Source: Deltaproteobacteria bacterium
GTDB taxonomy: Bacteria; Myxococcota_A; UBA796; SXON01
Direction of reading: 5' to 3'
Length of the DNA: 64,000 bases
NCBI GenBank assembly: GCA_014191855.1
Contig: BJHF01000017.1
Coordinates: 5,255-69,254, forward strand
Below, one piece after another: positions 44,161-52,769 of this stretch. How positions within the stretch are numbered: position 1 is the first letter of the stretch; each line of letters opens with the position of its first letter. A program made the position numbers and the translations under genes. The notes beneath the pieces are model-generated. The model did not search any database and was not told the origin of the DNA. It saw only the letters and a program-made list of their open reading frames with translations.

Positions 44161-46692
44161 ATGTCGTCCGCTTCGCCCTCGTCCTTTGTCGTGCTCAAGT
44201 TTGGCGGCACCAGCGTGTCGTCGCTGGTTCGTTGGCAAACCATTGCCTCGCTGATTCGGCGCCGCCAAGAGGAGGGATTCCGCGTGGTGGTCGTGTGCAG
44301 CGCCGTCAGCGGCGTGTCGAACCTGTTGGAGCGCCTGCTTCCGGAGGCGGTGGCGGGGACCGCGGCGGGCACGCTCCACGCGATCCGGTCGCGACATGAG
44401 TCGCTCGCTGCCGAGCTCGGCGTACCGCTGGGCACCGCCACGGCCGAGCTGGAAGAGGTGGAGCGCATCGCGAGCGGCGTGGCGCTGCTCGGTGAGTTCG
44501 GGCCGCGGCTCCAAGCGCGCGTGATGGCGACAGGGGAGCTGATGTCCACCCGACTGGGGGCCGCATGGCTTCAAAGCGAGGGCGTTTCGGCCGAATGGCG
44601 CGACGCGCGTGAGCTGCTCTCCAGCGAGGAGGGACCAAACGAATCGAGGCACTTCCTCTCCGCGACGTGCCCGTGCGCTCCCGACGCCACGATGCAACAG
44701 GCGCTGAGCTCCGTCGTGATCACCCAGGGCTTCATCGCTCGCGACGCAGCCGGGCGAACGGTGCTGCTGGGGCGCGGCGGCTCCGACACGTCAGCGGCGT
44801 ACCTCGCGGCGAAGTTGTCGGCGTCGAGGCTGGAGATCTGGACCGACGTGGCCGGCATGTACACGGCCGACCCTCGGGTCGTCCCTCACGCCCGCCTGCT
44901 GCGTCGCCTGCACTTCGACGAGGCCCAGGAGCTGGCCGCGACCGGCGCGAAGGTGCTGCACCCCCGATCGATCTCGCCCTGCCGCGACGCCGGAATTCCC
45001 CTCTGGATCCGCTCCACGCCGGAGCCCGAAGTGGAGGGCACCATCCTCGGATCGGGCGCCGCGTCGGGCGCGCGGGTTCGAGCGATCACCGCACGGAGCG
45101 GCATCCTCCTGCTCTCGATGGAAACGCTCGGAATGTGGCAGGAACCCGGCTTTCTCGCCCGGGCGTTCGCGGTCCTGGCCCGCCACGGCTTGTCCGTGGA
45201 TCTGGTGGCCACCAGCGAGAGCAACGTCACCGTATCCTTGGACTCCCTCGCGAACGCGCTCGATGCGCGCGTGCTCGACGCCGCCGTCGCCGAGCTGCGT
45301 GGGCTCTCCGATGTGCGCGTCATCGGGCCATGCGCGGCGGTGAGCCTGGTTGGCCGCCAGATCCGTTCGATCCTGCACGAGATCGGCCCGGCCCTCGAAG
45401 CGTTCGCCGAGCACCGCATCCACCTCGTTTCCCAGGCGGCGAGCGACCTGAACCTCACCGTCGTCGTGGACGAGGATCAGGCTTCGCGGCTCGTGTTGGC
45501 GCTGCACCAGCGGCTGCTCGAGGGCGGCGACGCGACGGATCTGGGGCCGGCGTGGCGGCCGCCCGTCGCGAGCGAGCCGGGCTGGTGGACGGCGCGTCGC
45601 GACGCACTTCTGAGCGCCGCGGCGGTGGGAACGCCGGTGTACGTTCACGACCTGGCTGGGGTGCGTGAGCAGGTCTCAGCGGTCCGAAAGCTACCCCTCG
45701 ATCGACGCTTCTTCGCGATGAAAGCGTGTCCGGTCCCTGAGGTTGTCGCGGCGATCGCGGGCGCGGGCCTCGGCCTCGAGTGCGTGTCCGCCGGGGAGAT
45801 CGCGCTCGCGCGGTCCGTGGCGCCCACCTCCGAGCTGTTGTTCACGCCAAACGTGGCCTCACGCGCCGAGTATGTCGAAGCCATCGCGGCCGGCGCGCAG
45901 CTCACGGTGGACAGCGAGTTTCCGCTCCGTGCCTGGCCCGAGCTGTTCTCGGGTCGCGACATCCTATTGCGGATCGACCCCGGCGAGGGGAGGGGACACC
46001 ACCGCCACGTCCGCACGGCAGGCGGCGCGTCGAAGTTCGGGCTGCTTCCCGACGCGGTACCCGCGCTCGCGGCGCTCGCCGCGCAGGTCGGAGCGCGCAT
46101 CATCGGCGTTCACGCTCATGCGGGCAGCGGCGTGAACGACCCGGGCGCCTGGGCGGAGACCGCCGAGTTTCTCCTCGGGTTTCGCGACATCCTCCCCGAC
46201 CTCCGCATCCTCGACCTCGGCGGCGGGCTCGGCATCCCCTACCGACCCGGCGATCCGCGGCTCGATCTCGCCGCGGTAGCCGCATCCCTCGCCCCGATCC
46301 GGGCGAAAGCGCCCGGACTGGGGCTGTGGATGGAGCCGGGGCGCTTCCTCGTCGCCGAGGCGGGGGCGTTGCTCGTGCGGGTGACGCAAGTTCGTCGGAA
46401 GGGGGAGCGGTGCTTCGTCGGCGTAGACGCGGGGATGAACGCGCTTTTGCGCCCGGCGCTCTACGGAGCTTGGCACCCGATCGTAAACCTCTCTCGGCGC
46501 GTTGGCGCGTCTGTGGTGTGCGATGTGGTGGGTCCCATCTGCGAGTCGGCCGACGTCCTCGGTCGCGACCGCACGTTGACAGACCCCCAGGAGGGGGACG
46601 TGCTGTTGATCGGGTTGGCCGGGGCCTATGGGCTCGCGATGGCGTCTACGTACAACTCGCGGGCGCTGCCGCGGAGCGTGGTGTTTGGTTGA
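44161..46692 (+). CDS. Bifunctional aspartate kinase / diaminopimelate decarboxylase (LysC-LysA fusion)
   Basis: The N-terminus reads VVLKFGGTSVSS...VVVCSAVSGVSN...LGRGGSDTSAAYLA...ACT-like region. The C-terminus reads TPVYVHDL...FFAMKACP...GAHAHAGSG...LDLGGGLGIPY...EPGRFLVAEAG...GPICESADVL. Confidence 0.9.
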   Translation: MSSASPSSFVVLKFGGTSVSSLVRWQTIASLIRRRQEEGFRVVVVCSAVSGVSNLLERLLPEAVAGTAAGTLHAIRSRHESLAAELGVPLGTATAELEEVERIASGVALLGEFGPRLQARVMATGELMSTRLGAAWLQSEGVSAEWRDARELLSSEEGPNESRHFLSATCPCAPDATMQQALSSVVITQGFIARDAAGRTVLLGRGGSDTSAAYLAAKLSASRLEIWTDVAGMYTADPRVVPHARLLRRLHFDEAQELAATGAKVLHPRSISPCRDAGIPLWIRSTPEPEVEGTILGSGAASGARVRAITARSGILLLSMETLGMWQEPGFLARAFAVLARHGLSVDLVATSESNVTVSLDSLANALDARVLDAAVAELRGLSDVRVIGPCAAVSLVGRQIRSILHEIGPALEAFAEHRIHLVSQAASDLNLTVVVDEDQASRLVLALHQRLLEGGDATDLGPAWRPPVASEPGWWTARRDALLSAAAVGTPVYVHDLAGVREQVSAVRKLPLDRRFFAMKACPVPEVVAAIAGAGLGLECVSAGEIALARSVAPTSELLFTPNVASRAEYVEAIAAGAQLTVDSEFPLRAWPELFSGRDILLRIDPGEGRGHHRHVRTAGGASKFGLLPDAVPALAALAAQVGARIIGVHAHAGSGVNDPGAWAETAEFLLGFRDILPDLRILDLGGGLGIPYRPGDPRLDLAAVAASLAPIRAKAPGLGLWMEPGRFLVAEAGALLVRVTQVRRKGERCFVGVDAGMNALLRPALYGAWHPIVNLSRRVGASVVCDVVGPICESADVLGRDRTLTDPQEGDVLLIGLAGAYGLAMASTYNSRALPRSVVFG

Positions 46693-46750
46693 CACGCTTG
46701 ATCCGGCGACCATACTGAGGACCCATCGCTTGCGCGCACCGATCGAGTCG

Positions 46751-48313
46751 CTACGGAGCCAGCTCCGCCCCTGATTCAGCCACCACCCACCACGTCGTCT
46801 CCCCCTCCGTCGTCCCCGATCCAAGCGCCTCGACGAGGCACGCCCGGTCGCGATCCCGCAGCTTGCAGGTGGGGTGATCGTGGGCGACCACCGCTGCGTA
46901 GTCGGCCAGGAGCGGGGTCAAGGCGGTGGGGCAGTCTGCCGCTGCAAAAGCCGCATCCAGCGCCGGGAGCGCTGAGGGATCTGGACCCCACGCATCCGCC
47001 CCGGAGCGCAACAGCAGCGGCGATCGCAACCCGCTCCTTCCCGCTTCGGTGAGGTAGTGCGCGGCGGCTTCACGGCAGGACTTGGACACCAAGGGCACAT
47101 CCAAAACCGGTCTTGTCCCTTTGGGATCTGGCCGCACGGCCGATCGCAGCGCCACGCTCGACGCGTCTTGCGGCACCGTCGTGAGCGCGAACGGCAGCGG
47201 GCGCGGGTCCACCAGCACCGCTTCAACCAGGGAAATCGCGACCACCAGCGGCGCCCATCGGGTGCGCGCCACGACGATGGCGAACGCGAGCACCGCCCCG
47301 AGCATGAAGCGGTACGGGGTGCCGCTGGCCGCCAGCGAGGGCGAGAGCGCGCTGAGCAGCCGGAAGGGACCTGCGTCGCCGAACGCGAGCGCCACCAGCA
47401 CCAATCCTGCGACAAACGCCCACTTCGTGGCGCGGGCGCCGAGCGCGGCGGCGATCACCAACGCGGGGCCGAGGTACGCGAGGTGCACGACCCAGGGGCT
47501 GCGCCCGGGGGGCAGGCGCGCCCGGAAGAACAGGTCCGCGAGCAGGGCGGCGCGCTTGGGTTGGGGACCGTTCTTCGCCTCCAACAAGCCGAACGGCGTG
47601 AAGAAGTGGGGGAGGGAGCGATCGAACCCGGGGCCGTGGTAGGCGGCGACGGCGAGGGCGCCGGCCCCTGCGAGGCCCAGCACGACGAGCCGGCGAGGCT
47701 CCGAACGGACCCCGGCCAGCGCCCAAACGCCGATCACGACTAGGCCGGCGAGGACGACGTGGGGCGCAGAGATGCCGGCCAGCGCCACCGCTGGCGACAC
47801 GCACAGCAGGCGCCAACGAGGGCCCTTCGACGCCCAGATCGTGAGCGCGAGCAGCGCCGCCGCCAACCCGAGCAGCGCCTGTTCGGGCTGGCCGTTCTGC
47901 AACGTGGTCCGGACCCACGGCGGGAACGCCAGCAGCGCGCCGAGCCAAACCGCGCTCCGGGTCTCAGGGAACAGTGCCTTCCCCAGCGCCCACCCGCCGA
48001 GCACGTTGACCACCGGCACCAGCAGGATCGTCAGGTTGTAGGCGGTAAGCGCGCCGACGACGTGGGCGAGCGCGATGGAAGGCCACAACAGCGGTCGGAA
48101 GTCCACGCCGCTCGGCCACCCCGCGAGATCGGTGTGCGTGGACCATGGCGGCACGTGCGTCGCGACCGACAGGGCCGCCACATGCCCGCCCGTGAACGTA
48201 GAGAGCGCTGCTTGATCGCCGAGGTGCAGCGCCAACGGCCAGGTGCACGCCGTGATCACGGCCAGCGCGGCGAGGCAGGTGATCGTGAGGGCGGCGGCCG
48301 GGCGCGCGGTCAT
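46751..48313 (-). CDS. Polytopic membrane protein, possible ArnT/PMT-like glycosyltransferase
   Basis: The real start is ATG 48313 (MTARPAAALTITCLAAL), in an ATGA overlap with the upstream gene. About 10 TM segments are followed by a soluble C-terminal domain. The functional call is weak. Confidence 0.6.
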   Translation of the reverse strand: MTARPAAALTITCLAALAVITACTWPLALHLGDQAALSTFTGGHVAALSVATHVPPWSTHTDLAGWPSGVDFRPLLWPSIALAHVVGALTAYNLTILLVPVVNVLGGWALGKALFPETRSAVWLGALLAFPPWVRTTLQNGQPEQALLGLAAALLALTIWASKGPRWRLLCVSPAVALAGISAPHVVLAGLVVIGVWALAGVRSEPRRLVVLGLAGAGALAVAAYHGPGFDRSLPHFFTPFGLLEAKNGPQPKRAALLADLFFRARLPPGRSPWVVHLAYLGPALVIAAALGARATKWAFVAGLVLVALAFGDAGPFRLLSALSPSLAASGTPYRFMLGAVLAFAIVVARTRWAPLVVAISLVEAVLVDPRPLPFALTTVPQDASSVALRSAVRPDPKGTRPVLDVPLVSKSCREAAAHYLTEAGRSGLRSPLLLRSGADAWGPDPSALPALDAAFAAADCPTALTPLLADYAAVVAHDHPTCKLRDRDRACLVEALGSGTTEGETTWWVVAESGAELAP

Positions 48314-48714
48314 GCCGGTCGGCGCGCCGCCCCCATCACGGCCGCCAGGGTGACCGGGACGAACGTGACGGTGGTGAGCACGGCGAACCACATCGGGTGG
48401 GGGATCGACGCCATGTTCATGAAGTTGGCCGCCGTGAACAACACGCCGACGCCCACGCCGAGCGCGACGTGCCGCGACGCGGCCACGCGAGCGATGACCG
48501 CCCCGGCGCCGGCGCTCGCCGCCACATAAGAGAGCTCCACGCCCATGAACGCGCCCAGCGGCATGGAGGCGACCATGGCGGCCACCGCTTCAGCGTCGTT
48601 GAAGTCGAAGCCCGGCGGGGCCGGGAAGATCATCATGTTCACGGCCTGAACCGCCATGATCACGACGTTTCCGACGACGAACGAGAGGACCACGGCGAGC
48701 ACGTTTCGCAGCAT
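48310..48714 (-). CDS. Small membrane protein (hypothetical)
   Basis: Four hydrophobic segments are visible (MLRNVLAVVLSFVVGNVVIMAV...). The start may instead be the upstream codon at 48753. Confidence 0.55.
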   Translation of the reverse strand: MLRNVLAVVLSFVVGNVVIMAVQAVNMMIFPAPPGFDFNDAEAVAAMVASMPLGAFMGVELSYVAASAGAGAVIARVAASRHVALGVGVGVLFTAANFMNMASIPHPMWFAVLTTVTFVPVTLAAVMGAARRPA

Positions 48715-48777
48715 GCGCCTCACTAACCGCGCGGGTAGCGGGCGGCGCGCCACGGCAGCACCGGGATAACCCCGGGC

Positions 48778-50010
48778 GTGTCCCCGTTTCGGCGTACGCT
48801 GCCCACCCTGACCCTCGTGGTCGCCCTGTCGGCGCTCGCTGGATCGTGGTGGACGGCGAGTCGGCCGGCCCTCCGCGCCCCTCCCACCGCGGCCGTCGAT
48901 TTGCTCCCACTCTGGCTCGGCGCGGGCCTGGTCTTGGAGGGTGCCGATCCCACCGATTCGAAGGCAGCCGAGGCCCGATTCACCGCAGAAGGGCTCCCGA
49001 TGCGCCCGGGCGGCTTTTTCAGCTATTATCCGCCGACAGCGTCGCTGCTCGCGCTGCCGTTGCGTGCGTTGAGCTTCCGCAACGCGGTCGAACTGTGGCG
49101 GGTCGTGTGTAGCCTTTCCACGCCGTTGGGCGTGATGCTCGCGGCGTTAGCTGGGTTCGCAGCGCTCGATTCCGGGTTGCGGCTCAGGTGGCGGCAGGCC
49201 CTCACCACGGCGGCGCTGATCGGAGCCCTGGCTGTTTTGGCGCGCCCGGCCCGTATTGTGCTTCCAACGGGGCAACCTGGCCCGATCGTGGTGCTGTTCA
49301 CTGGCGCCGCGCTGTTGTTCCTGGCGTTGGACAAGCCGCGTTCGGCGGCGGTGTTGGCCACGCTCGGCGCGGCGGTGAAGCTGGTTCCGGGGGTGATGTT
49401 GCCGATTTTCCTGGTCCGTCGCCAGTGGGGCGCGGCTGTGGCATCGGCCGGCGTGGTCGTTGGGTTGGGCGCCGGATTGTTCGCGTTTGGCGTTGCTGTG
49501 CACCTGGTCGAGTGGGTGCGCGAGCTGGTCGGCTTCGTTGGGCGCGGCCCTCTGCCAAGCTGGAGCGCCGAGCCGCCCTGGTTGTTGGCGCTCTGGCGCT
49601 GGCGTGTTGTGTTGGTTACAGTGGGGTTTGTTGTTGCGTTGGCGGTTGCGTGGAGGCGCGGGGTGGTGACCGCGACCGCGCTCGATCTCGCCGCGTTGGC
49701 CGTGGCTTCTGTGGGGGTGGTGCTCGCGGGATCGCACCATTATCACGAGGCGCTGATCCTGCTGCCGGCGTTGGCACACGCGCTCGCCTGGCCGGCGCAG
49801 ATGCCGAGATCACGCGTCGCTTGGCTTGGGGCGGTGGCGCTGTGTCTGGTGTGCGCGTTGGGTTGGCCGGCGTTCGCGCCTCGGGGTCGGCCGGACTCGC
49901 TGCACTGGTTGGCGATCGGGGCGGCGCTTTGGGGTGTGTGTTGCGTGCGGGCGGTGGGGATGGCCGCACCCCGTCCTCGCCCGGCGGCTGCGGGAGGAGG
50001 TGTCCCGTAG
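48778..50010 (+). CDS. DUF2029 / GT87-like polytopic membrane glycosyltransferase
   Basis: GTG start and many TM segments. GAAVKLVPGVMLPIFLV resembles the family loop. It is divergent from the two membrane genes at 46751-48714. Confidence 0.6.
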   Translation: MSPFRRTLPTLTLVVALSALAGSWWTASRPALRAPPTAAVDLLPLWLGAGLVLEGADPTDSKAAEARFTAEGLPMRPGGFFSYYPPTASLLALPLRALSFRNAVELWRVVCSLSTPLGVMLAALAGFAALDSGLRLRWRQALTTAALIGALAVLARPARIVLPTGQPGPIVVLFTGAALLFLALDKPRSAAVLATLGAAVKLVPGVMLPIFLVRRQWGAAVASAGVVVGLGAGLFAFGVAVHLVEWVRELVGFVGRGPLPSWSAEPPWLLALWRWRVVLVTVGFVVALAVAWRRGVVTATALDLAALAVASVGVVLAGSHHYHEALILLPALAHALAWPAQMPRSRVAWLGAVALCLVCALGWPAFAPRGRPDSLHWLAIGAALWGVCCVRAVGMAAPRPRPAAAGGGVP

Positions 50011-50152
50011 GGACGGCGGGGGTTGGCAGACCATTATCGCACGGAAGGCAGCGCTGGGCGATGCGACAGGCCCGGTCCCTGGGGCCAGGTTGGGTCGCGA
50101 CGCATCGCGGCGCCGCCGAAGGCCGGTCGCGACACACGCGCGGCGCGGTGTT

Positions 50153-50350
50153 GCAACCGATTTCGACCTACTCGCGGGAGTAGCCTCACCTCGGTTGAAC
50201 CTGGCAACCGATCTCGACCTACTCGCGGGAGTAGGGTCACCTCGGTTGAACCTGGCAACCGATCTCGACCTACTCGCGGGAGTAGGGTCACCTCGGTTGA
50301 ACCTGGCAACCGATCTCGACCTACTCGCGGGAGTAGGGTCACCTCGGTTG
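50153..50350 (+). repeat. Array A: four tandem 51-bp hairpin repeats without spacers
   Basis: The unit is gcaaccgatctcgacctactcgcgggagtagggtcacctcggttgaacctg, at 50153, 50204, 50255 and 50306. Units 2 and 3 are identical full 51-bp copies. Unit 4 matches them over 45 nt and lacks the linker, and unit 1 has 3 substitutions. Each unit folds as CAACCGA / internal loop / CCTACTC-gcgg-GAGTAGG / TCGGTTG. The linker aacctgg is invariant. Confidence 0.9.
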
Positions 50351-50421
50351 GGCACCCCCCCAAACAAAAAAAACCGCTCGCCGTCCACGCGCGCTCGCGG
50401 CACACTCTTCACGAGGTGCCC

Positions 50422-51651
50422 ATGCCGGACGCCACCCTCCTCCTCGACGTCGCCCGCCACGAGGCCCGCGTGGGCGAGCGCACCCTTCGGGCCAAGTGGT
50501 TCGTCTTCTGGTGCGCCCTCGCCACCGCCGGCCCCGAGGGCCTCACCACCGACGACATCCGGGCGTATCGACCGTGGAACCATGAACGTTGGGCGTCAAT
50601 CGGCAAAGAGATGAGCCGTCACCTCCGCGCTACCCGCACGGCGGCGCTGCTCAAGCCCGGGCAGCACACGCGCCGCTGGGTGCTCAACGCGCCGGCGGCG
50701 TGGATCCCGGGGGAGTGGGCGGGGCGGGAGTGGCTGGCGGCACAGCGCGCCGCGTCGGACGCCGGCGGCCAACTCAACGAGCTTGTGCGAGCGACGGTCG
50801 GGCTCTTGTGTGGGGACGAAGGGCTGCTGGCGGGCCGGCTCGCGGAGGCGGCCGAGCACCGCGACCGTGGCTCATCGGACGAGTGGACCGCCGCCGCGTG
50901 GACGCTGCTCGACGCGCGGGCGCTCGCCCGCGCCGAAGACCACGAGGCCCTCCTCACTCTCCTGGAACGCCAACCCAAGCCACGTAGCGCCGCCTCCCGG
51001 GCCCTTGCCGCGCGCCTCGACGCCATAGACGCCCTCGTTCGGCGCAGCGACGACCCGGTCGCTGCGCGCGAGCGGGTGAGCCGGGCGGTGTGTCGCCTCG
51101 AGGGCACAGGCGATCACGCCGGCCTCGCTACATGTCTCAACGTACGCGGCGTACTCGACCTTCGGTTGGGGGATCCCGCCGCAGCGGAGACTGCGTTCGC
51201 GCAGGCCGCCACCATCGCGTTGCTGGTCGGCGACCACTACCTGGTGCAGGGCGCGCTCACGAACCTCTCCCTGGTGCAGGCCAGGCTCGGCAAGGAGGTG
51301 GACGCGGATCGTTCCCTGGAAACCGCGCTTTGGTTATCCGACAAGCTCGGCGTCGGACGCGACTCCGCCCAAACGGAGGTTTGGGCGGCGCTCCGCGCGC
51401 TCCGGCGCGACGACGGTGAGGCCGCGCACCGGTGGATCGCGCGTGCGCTCGGCATCGTGGCCCACCTCCAGTCCGACTGGGAGCACGGGCACTTTCTGGC
51501 CGCGCGCGCCGCCGTATGCCAACGCTGGCCGGAGGGCGCGACCAACCCGGATCGGGATCTCGCCGCGGCGGAGCGGCTCTTCGGCCTCGCCGGGGACGAA
51601 GTGAACCGGGAACGCGTGGCCCGTGCTCGCCGCACCGGGAGGCGCGGGTAG
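50422..51651 (+). CDS. OmpR/PhoB-type winged-helix + TPR-like transcriptional regulator (SARP/BTAD-like architecture)
   Basis: The real start is ATG 50422 inside ORF 50023..51651. LLLDVARHEARVGERTLRAKWFVFWCALATAGPEGLTTDDIRAYRPW...RRWVL fits the Trans_reg_C pattern. The C-terminal helical repeats read AETAFAQAATIALLVGDHYLVQGALTNLSLV. Confidence 0.65.
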   Translation: MPDATLLLDVARHEARVGERTLRAKWFVFWCALATAGPEGLTTDDIRAYRPWNHERWASIGKEMSRHLRATRTAALLKPGQHTRRWVLNAPAAWIPGEWAGREWLAAQRAASDAGGQLNELVRATVGLLCGDEGLLAGRLAEAAEHRDRGSSDEWTAAAWTLLDARALARAEDHEALLTLLERQPKPRSAASRALAARLDAIDALVRRSDDPVAARERVSRAVCRLEGTGDHAGLATCLNVRGVLDLRLGDPAAAETAFAQAATIALLVGDHYLVQGALTNLSLVQARLGKEVDADRSLETALWLSDKLGVGRDSAQTEVWAALRALRRDDGEAAHRWIARALGIVAHLQSDWEHGHFLAARAAVCQRWPEGATNPDRDLAAAERLFGLAGDEVNRERVARARRTGRRG

Positions 51652-52532
51652 CGGGGCTGAGCCTGAGTGTCGCCAGGCGGCCGCCCCCGCAGGTGTGCGG
51701 CCACGAACCCGGGCGACCGGGAGCCCCGCGGGTTGGGCACCAAGGCCGCCCAACCTCCAGTCAGGCAATTCTTGGCACCCCCTGCGTGCGGGAAGTGATA
51801 ACCACCTGAGCGGCGGGAAGGAGCCCGCTGCTTTGGCACCTGTGGTGTCTGGCAAAGCCAAACAGCACACACATCGCGGCCCTGCAACCCGTGAGCAGGC
51901 GCGCGTGTTTGCTCCACGATGCGAAGCAAGTGCGGGAAGAGAGATAACGAGCGAGGCGTCGGGAGCGGGAGGCTGACCGCGACTCGCGGACCATTCGAAT
52001 TCGGACTGTCAAGGAGCGCTGCGGAGGCGGTGGTTCACTGCGAAGGATATGGGGTTTTCGTATTTGACATAAGATTCGTTATCAGAACCGCCGTTCTTCC
52101 TGGCCAGGGACGGGAGCGAAGCTGGCCAGACCTCATCATCCCCCACAGCATAGCACGGTTTCCCGTGAGGAGCGATCCTCGTGCGAAAGTTTCGGACCTT
52201 CAAAAAAGAGCCAGGGAGTCTCTGTGGCAAAGGTAGTACGCCCATAGTTCAGGGGTGCCTGCGAGCGCCCCCCGTCGCAACGCCGCCGCCCCGCCCGTAG
52301 ACCGCCCCTGAGGATACGTGAGACTCCCCGCCCTCTCGGTGCGAATCGGGGCCTTCGCATCCGGTGCCGACGGCTAAACGCTCGGGAGCGGCGCCGCCCA
52401 GCGCCCTGCCGGGGATGCCCGCTCGCTCCCGGCGCTGCCACGCGCCTGTGCCGGGCCAAGCCGAACCAGAGCGGGTAAGGCCTGCTCAAGCCGACCCTCA
52501 CCTTGCGGCGCTACGCCGACGTCACCGCCGCT

Positions 52533-52769
52533 TCACCAGCGCTGCACGCCCAACTTACCCACAGGGCACGCGAGGATTCGTCCCAGGCCGCCGCGCCGGG
52601 CGCGCATCACCGTGGCCTTGAGCTTGGCCTGGTCCAACGGCCCGAAGCTGGTGACAAACACACACGGCAGCGCCTCCGCGAAGCCCAGGTCGCGCAGCGC
52701 CCTACTCACGCGCTCGGCGACGGCCCGCGGCGCAATGTCAACCGCGACCACCCACTCGGACTTCACCAC
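52533..52769 (-). CDS. cas2: Cas2-like protein (78 aa)
   Basis: The GTG start overlaps the RT-Cas1 stop (GTGGTGA). The beta-alpha-beta-beta-alpha-beta pattern reads WVVAVDIA / RAVAERVSRALRDLGF / ALPCVFVTSF / LDQAKLKATVMRA / LGRILACPVG, with Asp in the first strand as in Cas2. The protein is short and divergent. Confidence 0.65.
   Translation of the reverse strand: MVKSEWVVAVDIAPRAVAERVSRALRDLGFAEALPCVFVTSFGPLDQAKLKATVMRARRGGLGRILACPVGKLGVQRW

Noticed and set aside
50153-50350. Calling the tandem hairpin arrays (here and at 57295-57442) CRISPR arrays because they sit beside cas1-cas2 and have a leader-like 5' flank
   Set aside because: The 51-bp period is filled entirely by repeat sequence. 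The only inter-unit sequence is an invariant 7-nt aacctgg, so there are no variable spacers. I therefore report them as repeats, not as CRISPR, and flag the association as a finding.
50153-50350. The hairpin units as integron attC sites (the 3' end GTTGAAC fits the GTTRRRY core)
   Set aside because: The 5' end (TGGCAAC) does not fit RYYYAAC. There are no cassettes between units. No IntI-type integrase is adjacent, and the only tyrosine recombinase in the window is a typical XerD 6.5 kb upstream of array A.
49826-50614. A protein with a 17-aa tandem repeat (LATDLDLLAGVGSPRLN x4) translated across array A, and the long 5' extension of ORF 50023..51651
   Set aside because: The repeat is a DNA/RNA hairpin array that is also present in a non-coding context at 57295-57442. 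The flanking translation is low-complexity. A well-placed ATG at 50422 starts the recognisable wHTH domain.
51919-52245. ORFs 51919..52236 (+) and 52009..52245 (-) in the low-GC core of the cas2-proximal gap
   Set aside because: The two ORFs overlap each other on opposite strands. Neither has a recognisable motif or a ribosome-binding site, and their composition does not match the strongly GC3-biased genes of this genome. I treated the region as non-coding.
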